Origin: Podarcis liolepis
Taxonomy: Eukaryota
Direction: 5' to 3' (one strand)
Assembly: GCA_965112155.1 (NCBI GenBank)
Contig: OZ218104.1
Length of the DNA: 64,000 nt
Shown here: in pieces, positions 22,351 through 35,100 of the stretch
How the letters are laid out: each line of letters starts with the position of its first letter
Position numbering within the stretch: the stretch's first letter is position 1
The notes under the pieces: generated by a model
The model's input: only the letters and a program-made list of their open reading frames with translations
What the model was told of the DNA's origin: nothing
The model's database searches: none
Translations under genes and position numbers: made by a program

Positions 22351-25231
22351 TTAACATGCACAGTTACAAAAATAAAACTTACAAAAAGAGACATCTATAC
22401 TAGGTTTACATGCAAGTCTCGGGGACCCCCCCTCCCCTCTGTTTGGGCGCCAACTGCTGTGTGGAACTGCCATTAAGCGTGCAACCATAGAGGGGGTTCA
22501 TGTTATATTCTTTATTTCGTTCACACAGGATCGTTCGTTTCACATGTGATGTCACACAAAGGAGCAATTCTGGGTTTTGGGGAGACATACAAGAGGGTCC
22601 TGGACTCAGGCGCTCAGGCACCTCGATGATTCAGGAAGGTGGCCCCGAGAGGGGTCTTCCTGTTTCTAACTGAGTCCCGCAACCCAGGAAAGGGCAAGCA
22701 AAATAGTTTTATTTATTTAAAAAAACTGATATACTGTCTTGGGAGCGTTCTCAAACCAAACATGCCCGAGGTCATTGATATGCCCAAAGGTGATGGCCCT
22801 GATTCAGCAAGGCCTTTTGGCACGTGTCAGACTGGAATAAACACACAGGTTGTTCCAACAAGGACCCCACCTGGAGCTCTCTGAGGAACAAGGGGAGGGG
22901 GGAAATGACAGCTGTAACCCTCAGCCTGCCTTGTAGGTCCCAAGCAAGGGCTTCTTGCTCCAGCCTTGGCAGCACCCCGAGAGCCAGGCTGACACTCGGT
23001 TAACGCAACACCAAGCCTGCGGATCTGGAAGGGTTGAAGTGGAAACACCTGACTCTGAAGAACCCCCTTTTAGGACAAACGGAGGGGACAGGCTCCCAAA
23101 ATCGCCACTCGGGTCGTGACTGGTGAGGACGGAAAGCAACAAGGGTCAGCCCAAAATGAGACAACAAGCGCACCGTTTGAAAATGGCAAGCAGAGGGTGC
23201 TGCCAAGTTGGCGCCCGCTTCTGGCTCCTTGCTCCTCTTTGCCCCCCTGTGCAAAGGGCCCAGGAAGCCCAGGGCTGGCCTGAGAGGGCAGCAGCAGGAG
23301 CTGAGGTCTCCTCTGCCCGCCTGCCCAGCTTTGGGCTTTTCTGTGTTTCCCCCCTTTACTGAACTGGGCCACAAAACAGCACTTAACAAACGTACAGAGG
23401 GGTCTATGCAGGAGCTTCAGCACACACACCGCAGTTATTTTTCAGTCTTGGCAGTGAAAGAAAGGAATTAAAAAAAGAGAAAGAGATATACAATTTCAAT
23501 GAGAGAAAAGGCACGGAGAGCTCTGACCCCAGGTTGGCTTTTGTCTTTCTTTTCTTTTTGCTTTTGTTGCCACAATCTTTGTGTGTTTTAACTCTTCTTT
23601 TATAAAGACACCAGTTTAAAAAGCTTCACAGAATTGTGAGTATTTTTAGGCTTCACAACAAGCCTCTGAGCAAAGACTACACATTGCATCTGGTGGCTGG
23701 GATCAAGCAAGAACAATTACTCTTCCATAAAGCAAAACGCCTAGAGAGGCCAGGCCAAGCGACCAACCCACTGGCAACGTTTCAACTGGCACTAGCAGGA
23801 TACAGGGCATTGGGGGGGGGGGGAGGCGTGCGGGATGGACAGAGGTAGCCAGGCAGAGCTGGACGGGCAGGCTGGCGGACCCCCACCGCCACCTCTGACC
23901 TGAGCTACACCCAGTCAAAAGCCAAAATAATCCATCTGACTTCAGGCGCAGCGGAGTGTAGTTCAAAAATCAAGATTTGCCCACCCCCTCACCCCTCACC
24001 CCACTTCCCAGCGTCTACATTTCACATCAGCTTCTATATCGAAATGACTCTTCTAAAACAGATTTCTTTGGCTCCTGTCTATGTGGAAATAGCAATATAC
24101 CATGACACCCCTACAAAACCTGCTTGCATCTTTTAAACTTTTACTCTTTTTTTAAAATTTTGTGCAATTTTTAGTACATTGTCTGACTTCCAGCAGGAAA
24201 TATGGATATGTGAAACATATTTTTTTTCTACTTTCATACTATTTCTTTTTCTTTTATTTTTTTATTATTTTATGTTCATTCTAAGTGTTCTTTATTGGAG
24301 TGAGAGTGTATGGTGTTAAGCTAGATACAATTTTGTATTCTTATGATTATCTGCTTTGCAAAATAACTTAATTTTTCTTAAGCAATATTAGCATTCACTT
24401 TACTTGGCACCATTGGCAAAAAAAAGGAGAAATTAAATAAAATATTAAAAAGGTAACCAAGAAGGTTAAAAGAAATTTAAATAAACTCCTGGTAGCCAAA
24501 ATCAAATGTAAACATAACTCTTTTTTTAAAAGTAATGTTACTTTGCCGTTTTTTTCCTAAGTCTAAATACATTTTAGCTCTTCTGCTTCTGCAGTTTAGT
24601 CATGCGTTAGCAAAATGTTCTTCTAAAGAACATTTAAAATAAAGTTTCTTATAGTGAAATAAAGTTTTTTTGTTTCATTTTACAGACCATAAGCCACTAA
24701 TGCTTTGCTTTTTCATGTCTTCTTTTTGTCCTTGAATTCATGCACATCTGTTTTAGTATATACAATATGTACAAACATCCACACTCTTCTCGCTCATTCA
24801 GACAAAACTATACAAATACGCAAATTTCTCTTGCCAAGTTATTGACCCTTTGTGAATAAAATAGTTAGCAATTAATCAATATATTCCCTTTCAAATATTT
24901 ATTTCTCATTTCCATTTCTACCTTCTCTCTATGTACAGAAACTGCCTAGGTTTTCTTTTTTTTCTTTTTTTGAGATGAAATAGCCAAAACAAGAGATTTA
25001 CTGGCCGGAATGCAGCACCCGACTGCTCGCTCCCTTCGGTGGTAGAAATGTCCAGTCAGCTTATTTGCATGTGACTCTTCGGTCGAACAAGAGGTCTGCA
25101 GGTTACCAAAATGCTTTACAAATCATCATTGTTATTAAAGAAGTAAAAATCTTGCGTGAAGTAAGGCCAGAAAATAAAGTGCCAAATATGAGAAGTGCAT
25201 ATGGCAGCTGAGATACTTGAAGGCTCGAGAA

Positions 25232-25263
<32 letters not shown>

Positions 25264-26046
25264 CACAAGAGAGAGACAGAGAGACAGAGAGAAAGAAAAA
25301 GGAAAACCACCGAACCAAAAGGATCTTTTTGCTTGAGCTGCTCACCCATTCTCTCTCCCCCGCCCCGCACCCCACCCTCTTGCAAAATACCCGTTTGCCT
25401 TAAAAACACTGACAGCTTTCTGGGAAAAGTCCCACGGGATACATTTAAAACCAGCAGATCTAAAAAGTTGCAGAGAGAGATTCGATGAAGAACAAAAAGA
25501 CACAGGTGTGCAAAGGAGGTGATGGAGGAGGGAAGATGGAGGCCCCGCGCAAGACGGAAGGAAGGTGAGCAGCGCCTTTCCACAGGGAATCCCAACGGTT
25601 CCGGGTCTTGGAGATGATTGACAGGTGCAGGAATAGCATTCTTGGGTTGTGGGGTTTTTGCTTTTTTTGGTATTATTATTTGTACAGTTCCACACATTGT
25701 TTGTTTTGTTTTAATACAGCCCTATATGAAAAGGATAATTAATTGCTTCTCTTTTTTTTCATATTTGAGAGGAACGAAGCAACTCATGAAAACGCCTTCC
25801 GGGTGTCACTTTCCCCCCCATGATCCAACCAAAGATTTGAGTTCCAAGATGTCTTGCTGAACAAATTAAAAGTTGTCCATGAAAGTGCAAATGTAATGAC
25901 TAAACATTACCATTAAAATCCTGCAGCCGAAATTCTCGGCACTGCAGTCAGTTTCTTTTTTTTTTTAATAATTTTTTTTTTGTAGTTGTTGCATGTTTCT
26001 GCTAAAAACAGAAAATGAAAACAGTCTGAAAAGCAATGTCACATTG
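22351..26046 (-). other. CAMTA1: CAMTA1 3'UTR (distal end uncertain, may extend into the gap)
   Basis: AU-rich sequence following the stop codons with no recognisable transposon; AATAAA candidates at 22717-22708 and 22516-22511. Confidence 0.6.
25226..25292. repeat. (GA)n imperfect microsatellite in the CAMTA1 3'UTR
   Basis: Directly visible. Confidence 0.9.
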
Positions 26047-26110
26047 CTACGGGATGCTGCCGCCGCCGCCTCTTTCTTCAAGTTCCTTGGCCTTTTTCAA
26101 TTCTTTCGCT
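26047..26110 (-). CDS. CAMTA1: CAMTA1 last exon, read in two frames: SERIEKGQGT* (stop 26078, microexon included) or RAKELKKAKELEERGGGGSIP* (stop 26047, skipped)
   Basis: ttcatttcag| acceptor; both frames translated by hand. Confidence 0.92.
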
Positions 26111-29100
26111 CTGAAATGAAAGAAAAGGGAAAATGGGGGAAAGGTATGACGTTTCTGTTTCCAAAACCCTTGGTGTGAAAAACGAAAAGGCATTATGCAT
26201 TTCTTTATTTTTATTTTTTGGCAGAGGAAGTAACCACCTCATTTTTCTCCCATATTTCACTAATAATTTAAGAAAAGAAAGAAATTAACTGTACCCAGTA
26301 GTCCCAAAAGGCAAGTGTCATTTGAAGCAGCTTCTAGGAAAAAGCTGGGGGGGGGGGGGGGAGAATAGCTTGAACTCTGAAAAGACAGAAGATCTATCTG
26401 TAGACTGGTAGTTCCCATGTCTAGAATATATGCCAGTCACCTGTTCTGGATACTGCTATGCTTCTTTTGAAATAACAGACTTGCAGTTTGGGAGTGCTTA
26501 TGGATCCACCTTTGTCCCTAGAAGCTCAGGAGGCCTCAGGAGCTAGGAATGTCTTTTACCAGCCTTGTTGGTGTGTCAAATACAGACGTTCTTGGACAGG
26601 GACAGTCTGGCCATGGTGATTTATGCATTGAAAGCTTCAATATTTGATTACTGCAATGCATCTACATGGAGCTACCCTTAGGCCTTGTCCAGAGGCTTCA
26701 GCTGGTGCCAAACACTGTGGCTAGACTTGTTGGGGGTCTGACTGTTGCCAGCACAAACCTCTGGTGCTCAAGTTTGTACTCATAGAATCATAGAGTTGGA
26801 AGAGACCACAAGGGCCATCGAGTCCAACCCCCTGCCAAGCAGGAAACCCCACAACCTGGCTGCCCATTCGCAACCGGGCCAGTTTCAAGATTCTTGTATT
26901 AATTTACAAAGTATTTTAAGAATTTGGCTGCAAGAAACCTGAAGGATGGCCTAATCCCTTATATCGTTGTTCGATCACTGAGGTCTTTGGGGGGCATCAC
27001 TGTTAGCAGTCCCATGTGGCTCAGATGCATGTAGCCGCACATTTAGCGTGGGCCCAATTTTATGAAACTCCTAATTGCAGTCAGACAGGTCCCCTGCCTA
27101 CTGAACTTCTGGCATCTACTAAAAATATTTTTTAAATCCCAGCTGGTCTTTTAATTGAAGTTTGATTTTATAGTTTTAACTGGTTTATACTTTTTGTATT
27201 GCATTTTTGTAAACTGCTTAGACTATTGTAGTTAAGTAGTATATAAATGAATTGTTTAAATAAAAAACATTTAAATGTACATAAAAAAAAAATCCAGAGG
27301 GGTGGTGGTGCTTGATCCGTATCGGAATCCCAATAGGTAGCATGTAATGGTTTGTGTACTTTTAACCCTTTTTCCTTCTGCTGCGATCCCAATCAGGACC
27401 CTATACCTGCAGTTTGCATGGAGGAATAAAGCTCTCATCTAAGCAAACAGGTGTTTTCGCCCAAATTTCCTGTTGCCCACCAAGCAAGATTCCTGATCTG
27501 GATTGCCCCTTCAGACACATGGCATTTTGTGTAAAAAAGACCAGCTACACATAAAAGGTACAGCTACTCAGTGGTAGCAACATAGCAAGGGCTTCTTGTC
27601 TCTCCCTCAGCCCCACCTCTGGTCAACAACTGGCCAAGATAAGTTCAACATAAAGACCAGCCTTTCTCCTGAACCTTCTGTTGCATATGTGGGAGTTCAA
27701 AGTACGCACAGGAACTCTCCATGAGACCAATAATGATGCTCATTTCAAGGTGGGTTCAGACAACCAGCTCACAACCAGCTTGGCCATCTTTGCTGGACAG
27801 TGAGCATGCTGAAGGGATGAAAATATCATCTAGCAATGCACTTCCACTGGTTGAAGCAATGGGCAAGTTGTCTAGCGCCAAGTGAAATTGTCAGACGAGT
27901 AACTTTTCCTGGTGATCGACTTATCCTGTCTTTTCTCTCTTTATGTGCCTCTGTTGGAGAAAACACTGGCCCGCCAGGCTTCCCAACTGGCTCCTTGGCC
28001 AAGACAGAGGTTGGAATGACCTTTCCTTTTTTTGTCCCATGAAGCTAGAAACCTTTTCCTCTCTTTTATAGTTCTTGTCACTGTCCACAAAGCCCTTTTG
28101 TCAAGCGTCTTCCCACCTCTCTCTTGACTTGCAACCTGGCCAGGTAGGCACACCATGTTCACAGTGAGTTGAGGTAATAGACATGTTAAATTCAGAAAGA
28201 GGAGATACATGTGTCAGGCCAGGCGTGCTTTTCCCATGCAAAGCCCACATTTTCCCATTGTGGACTCATTCACTGAGGTAGAAGACCCATCTGCTATGGG
28301 ATCTCATTGAGGACATGCATGATCAATCGAAGCTGGTGGCTCCTTTGCAGACATGCTGAGTCATGCAAAGTCTAGGCTAACAGAGCACTTCTGCTGGAGT
28401 GGAGGGGATGCAAGTCATGCTTTGTTGGCACCATCTGTCATCATCAGCATGCAGTGTCTGGACTGGTGGAGACCAGTTGCCATTGTCTGGAAAATGCATG
28501 CGGATTCTCGCCACATTCCACATTTGCGCGAGTACAGATGTCATCTAGAAATTTACACAACGCCTTTCTTGGGACCAAATCAGGTGGCTGACTTGCTTGA
28601 ATGCTGAGGTTTAAACACCAGACCAACTACTTAATGGATAGACAATTGTTGACTCTTGAGGTATTAAGAGCTTTGTGATGCTCCTTAGCTGAAATGGATG
28701 TACACTCTAGAGCTGCAGTTTCTGATGTGACAAGATGTAACAGTGGCCTTTAACGTGAGCCTCACCTCCATATACCTGTGCAGACTCAACTTGATGTAAT
28801 GGATGTGTTGGCGATAGATGGGTGGCTCCTTGCTGTCTAGGCTTGCTGGCTGCCTGCAACCAGGTTGGGCTAGAGATGGATCAGGCCCCTTTTTCTGTGT
28901 GGGTGCTGGGGCAGGGGAGTGATACTAACTTGCTTTGAGCAACTGTTTCAAACACAGGTAGGTTTAAAATAATTTTATGCTTTGTTGGAAACACTATATC
29001 CAGTTTTACAACTATGTGCAGACTACTAAATCGATAATATATAGTGCTAATGAAATTGCAGGTTCAATACAACCATGACGCCACCAGCCAAAATCGCATC

Positions 29101-32100
29101 CTTCCTCTCTTTCCTCCTCGATGCAAAGACACTTCTCCCCGTTTTGCAAAAGACCCAATATTCCAATTTATCGTATTCAGCAAAATTTATATACCATTAG
29201 TCAAATCTCCTAATATTGCTCCCACTTGCTTTTGATTGTGTTGCTATTTTCTCTTATTTTGCAAAAAGCATTAAGCTGCAAACATTTGAAGAGCACTTTG
29301 ACTTTTCTGGGATATGTTCAGAAAAAGGCCTCCCATCCCAGCAGACCTTGGCTATGTTCTCGAACTATCCTACCATTTCAATGGAGATGGTGGTGAGGCT
29401 CAACAGGCCTAGCCAGCACTCCATGGAAGGGGAATGCACACCCTCAAACCTATCCCCCAATCTTCTGCAGCAGTAGGAAGGAAGTTTGGAGACCACTTAG
29501 GCCATTCTGAATAGGAGACACTGGCATGTTTCTCCTCCCAAATGGATAGGCATAAAAATATCCCTTCCACCCACTCTCTCCAATGTTTCATTGTGCAATC
29601 CTATTCACACTTACACCCGTGTAAGCACCGTGGAGAACACTGTGATTTACTGATGAAGAAGCACAGGAATCAACTACAAGACACAGTAGCAAGAGAAATC
29701 TGGTTCAAATATAGTTGAAAACACCCTGATTAGTTGAAAAGTCTAAAAAGTGGAGTGGGTATTTGTACACTTAGTGGTCAAACCCTGAGGCATGAAGATT
29801 ACACTACAACAGAGGCAGACATCCAGACACCATAGAGTTAAACAAGCCCCACACAGAGCAGAATACTGAGTGGGATCTTCCATCTCCTTTCCCCATTCTA
29901 ATCTGATGAGGGTTGGGCGGTTGCTTCCAGTAGCACCCAGAGCATCTTACTTGTGGGATAGAAGCTTCATTTACAATTTAGATGATATGGATGCAGCTGA
30001 GAACTTTAAACTAGAAACACTTTCACTGTGCATCCTTTCAATAAAGGATGTGGTCACACCCCCACACCCCGCTGCCAAGTAGATGCCTCACTCCCCCTCC
30101 AAGCAGAGAATTTCCTTTGCTGCTTTCTTTGATGAATCACAAGGGGGTTGCATAACATACTGAAGAAGCAATGGCAGAAGCAGAAGCCCTGAAAAGCCAC
30201 CTGCGGACAAAGCCCTCTGCCCAATTATCCACCTCCCCACCCCAACTTCAGATGACGATATTGTGAGCAAAATGAGTTAGGTCTAGTTAGGCGGGGAAAA
30301 TAACTTTGTAAGAGCAGAGAAATGGCTGAGTGAGTAAAAAGCACATTGCAAAGCTGTCTTGCATCACAGCGGACTCCAAAATGCCCAGCCAAAGAAATGC
30401 TGGATGAAGTGGACAGCAGAACTGGTTGGGGCAATGCGAAAGGTCAGAAACTGACCGGTGAAGGAAAAGGAGCAGAGGGTGGCAGTGGAGTGGGTGGAGC
30501 CCCAGGGTGGGACTTTAGAATCAGTTACCTGTTTCTCTTAGAGCAGTAATGGCTCGTGGGAAATTTGGGAAATGGGGGCTCCTCCCTTTTTCCAGATCTC
30601 TCATTTGGGTTGCAAAGCAAAAAGAGAGAGAAGGCCCAATAAGAGAGACACCCCAGAGCATGTGGCCTGCAACTTAACACACTGATTTGTACTTCGAAAG
30701 AATTCAGCTCCTGAAAGAGGCAAACGGAACAAGATTACTTTGGAAATGGTGGCTGTGGCTGCCTTGACGCAGACCACATGTGATGCGTTATTTTCTCATC
30801 CCTGCTCTTTTGGACAAGTTTAGACAAGTGGTGACGGGTGTCTTAAGTCACATGGACTTCTTGAGAACTGGGCTGCAGCAACCCTTTCTCCCTCCCTTCT
30901 TCAACAGGGCCTCCCCAGCCTAATTCCAGGCCAAACTTCCTCTTCCTATCCCTCTTCTTTGTGTAGTGAAAGGCATTTGTCTGCTGGCTGTTTCCCTCCC
31001 TCCCAGCCTTTCAGAGTTTCTCAACAGTTCCTCCTACTGCTCCTATTACTGGCTTCTCTCTGTGCTCCCACCTGCCCTGCCTCCTTGGGTGGCTTTCTTG
31101 CGCTTAACCCCAGATTGGCTTTCCAACAACAAATCCACCATTCTCTTTAGCCTCACTCTTGACCTTTGAAAGTCTCTCCCTGGTGTTGTTTCCACCTCAC
31201 CGATGGATCTCAGGCCCTGATGCTGCAGGGAGATGCTGGATTTGCCCAAGGCATGAGAAGTCCAGGTTAAACAAGAAAGAAAAAAAGACACCATCTAACT
31301 ATGCACTCTCAAGGTGGCACAAGAACTGGGAAACTGATGAGACTTCAGAAGAAACCAAAAATCCAGTGTCACATATAAATGGCTAGTGGTTAATTCAGGT
31401 TTCAAACATAGTAAGAGACATACTTACCAAAACACACTATTGTCAGTACTCAGTCACCCTTATTGAATATAGCAATGAATATACTACAACCTGTTTAAAT
31501 ACAGATGCTGCTATCAGTGGGACCACTCCCAGATCTGGAAAATTTATCTTTGCACCTGAGGAAGCTGCACAGCACAAACAGCCAATGGGTTGCCCTTCAG
31601 AAAATATTGGACTCCAATTCCCCCTAGCCAGGATAGCCAAAAGTTAGGGATGATGGGAGTTGGGATCCAGCAAAATTGGGTGGGGGAACCATGTTGGTTA
31701 CCCCCCACTCAATAGAGAACTGTGAAAACAGCAGCTCTGAAAGGTTTGCCTGTCGGAACCCTTCAGACATGTCCTTCATGGAGCTGTTAAGATGTACACT
31801 TTGGCTAGAGAGGTCTTTTTTATTCAACCATATTCATGAGAGGGCTGTACATATAAGGAAACTTACTCACTGAACATAGTATATATATCTTTTTGCCAAT
31901 TGCCCATTTTTCTTCTTTAACATGAAATGGCAGCAACAGCTAAGCCTGCTTTGACATGCAAAAGTGCAAGGAACCTCTTACACAACTATGACAGATGCTC
32001 CCTGAGCAGCCCCCAAGCTGTGGGGCCAAGACAGTGTTGCCTTGCCAGCGGGAAACCCCACCCCTTTCCCAATTAGAAATGTCTCACACAGCTGAGCTAC

Positions 32101-35100
32101 ATGCTTCCCTCCTCCACTGCTTCCAGGGAATGCCCTGTGTGCAAGTGAAGGGGCCAGGACCCCACTCCTGTGCAAAGCTCACAGGACAGTGCCAGAGCAC
32201 CATTGCACTAGTATGGAAGGGTCACCACTGGCAGAGGAACCATGAAACCCCATTGCAGGAGCTCTGGAAACAGCCATGCTGAACTACAGATCAGATCCCA
32301 GCTAAGGCTTCTCCACTCCAGGTCAGAGCTGTGGACAGCTATTCCTGTATCCAGACCAGCGGTGCATATTCTCAAGCCCAAAGATGCCTTGGAGGTCAGT
32401 CACTGGAACTGAGAGCTGGAGCAGGCAGACGGTAGTGCTCTGTTGAGCAGGCAGAGTAAGAAAGCCCAGAGTCCCAGGACTTATGTTATGTCTGTCCAAT
32501 CCAGAGGCTTCATCTAGCCAGCCGATCACACTGACTCTGAGGCTTATGCATGCACACACATATACATACTCATGGATAGGTTATTAAGTTAGGCCCAGGT
32601 TTCAAACCTCAAAATCTTCCTATGCATTGTGACTCCTTGTCATGGCAAAAGCAGCTGCTGCAGCATTTGCCCACTCCTGAACCAGGACAGAGAACTGGAC
32701 AAGAGAAGCCAGACTAGGCCTGCCTCAGAGCTTCTAACTGAAAGAGGCCAGCTGTGTGAGCGCTTTGTGCTGTGAGGTGAATGGGGGCTGTACAAATTCT
32801 CATGGCAACTGGGAAGGAGCAGCAGCAGCAGCATTCAGAGATGTGAGTGTGTCCCGCACATGCACAGCAACGGCAGTCGCAGCCGCAGCAGGTGTGGCCT
32901 TGTATAGGAGGGCAGAGCAGCAGCAGCTCTCTCTTGTTTGCTCTTGTGGGGAAATCAAAGCAGCAGAGATGGTCAAGGCCGCCTGAAGCAGAGGTCCTGG
33001 GGGTTGCAACGTGAGGAGGAGGTGGAGGCACAGGAGTGGGTCTGGGCTGACATGAACCATGCTAAAAACAGGTGCCCAAAGCCACCTGAACATGCAACCA
33101 CCCAATTCTCCCTGAAGGGACGGACCATGGCACAGGTGGCTCCTATTCCTCACCTCCACACACCTTTGTCCCTGGCTCAGAATGCCCAGGCAGAGTAGAT
33201 CCATTTGAAACAATAGACATGGCTAAGTTAGGACCATTAATTTTCATTATTATATTTATTTATATCCCACCTTTTTCCCTGACAGGGACTCAAGGTAGCT
33301 TACACAGAAGTAGAAACAACAGCCTATGCTGAGTAAAACTTATTTGATGGGTGGGGTATAAATAAAATCATCATCATCCAACATTCTAGCATAGTGTTTT
33401 TATCTCCATTTTGATCTGCATATTCACTCCCTATTTTATATTTTCATTTTGCATAAAACTGCTGATTTGGATTCCTGGGCTTTTCTGAATCCTGGATACC
33501 TTCAACGGCGGGTGATCCATCTCCCGACATTGGACTATACAACTGTTGTTAAGGCGCCTGGGAAAGCAGGAATTGTCAAGTAGGAGACTTGGGAGTTCAT
33601 CTAGCTGTTTTCCTACTCCTGAGATCAACAGAGAGAAGTGGGAATCCTATACTATGCCCCAAGTGACATACATGGTTGGTAGCAAGGAGAGGGAGAGACA
33701 AAAAGAGAATGGGGCACCTGTTGCTACTGGGTTATCTTACAGGGTTGGTGCGCCATGGCAAGTCCAGATTTGGTGCTGATTTGTGTGGAAGTGCCCTGTG
33801 GTTGCCAGTGAGATTAAAGCTCTCGCTTCCCTTCGACAAATCTGCAAAATTACTGAAGGACCTGATTGGACTCTCCTCCACCCGCCTAAATAGAACATAG
33901 TTGAATAACTAAAATGGTATTTTGGGGTTCACCCCCTAGAATGCTTTTAGGTCAGCTGTCAGATCAAGATCCTTTGCAAAGCAAAGATCCATATTACAGA
34001 TGCTCAGCTGATGGCCAAATGTAGCAGCTTTCATGGCTTTAGTTGGGAAGTGGCTGCCTGCACTTACTGCTAGGAAAGACTCTGCCTCCTGCCGCAAGGC
34101 CTCCCTCTCAGCACTTTGGGGGGCTCTCTCTTACTGTGCCTGCCTTTATGTGTTTCTGAGTCAGCCCCAGGCTCTGGACTCTCATGTCCCCCTCTCTCAT
34201 CAGCACTGTGAGTTTTCTCTTTGCTCACCCCCTAGGTGCCTAGTCCTAGCAGCAACTGTTTCCACCTGTCAGAGCAGCTGTCCTAACACCTCCCTTCACA
34301 AGCTGTGCTATGGGGCTGCTCCATGGACACAATCCTGAAGCTATTTATCATGCCTCTAAGGCCTGGCTGATAGGGACGCGGGTGGCGCTGTGGGTTAAAC
34401 CACAGAGCCTAGAACTTGCCGATCGGAAGGTTGGCGGTTCGAATCCCCGTGATGGGGTGAGCTCCCGCTGTTCAGTCCCTGCTCCTGCCAACCTAGCAGT
34501 TCGAAAGCACGTCAAAGTGCAAGTAGATAAATAGGTACCGCTCCGGCGGGAAGATAAACGGCGTTTCCGTGTGCTGCTCTGGTTCGCCAGAAGCGGCTTA
34601 GTCATGCTGGCCACATGACCCAGAAGCTGTCTGCGGACAAACGCCGGCTCCCTCAGCCTATAGAGCGAGATGAGCGCACAACCCCAAAGTCAGTCACAAC
34701 TGGACCTAATGGTCAGGGGTCCCTTTACCTTTAAGGCCTAGCTGAACTGAGAGACACCCCACATCCCCCTTGCATGCTGGGAATTCTCCTCACTTTGCAG
34801 CCCTGTAAAAATTGCCAGGCGAAGGGAGAGAATGAGGTGGTGCAGTGGCATTTTTTACTGTAGGATACTAAACATGGCATCATCAACAAACTTAAGGGAC
34901 AATCAGTAAACAAACATGTTGCTTTTTCTTTTTTCAAATCCCAGCTCGGCAGCACACAACTGTTTTAAAGGTATTGTATAAAAGGGAAAGCTCCCTCACC
35001 ATTACCAAAGGTGCCAGTAGATTTTGTAACGGGAGAGTCAAATGGCATCAAAATGGGTTCCACTGTCCAAAACCGGTGTCTACACCACAGTGAATAGACC

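Noticed and set aside
22130-22403. ORFs with X runs
   Set aside because: Artefacts of the N gap.
25195-25488. RE-repeat (SR-like) ORF
   Set aside because: Translation of the (GA)n microsatellite, antisense to the CAMTA1 3'UTR.
32640-33213. CAG/GCA-rich stretch with several short ORFs in the last CAMTA1 intron
   Set aside because: No recognisable homology and no convincing splice-site pair; it could be regulatory but I cannot support a call.
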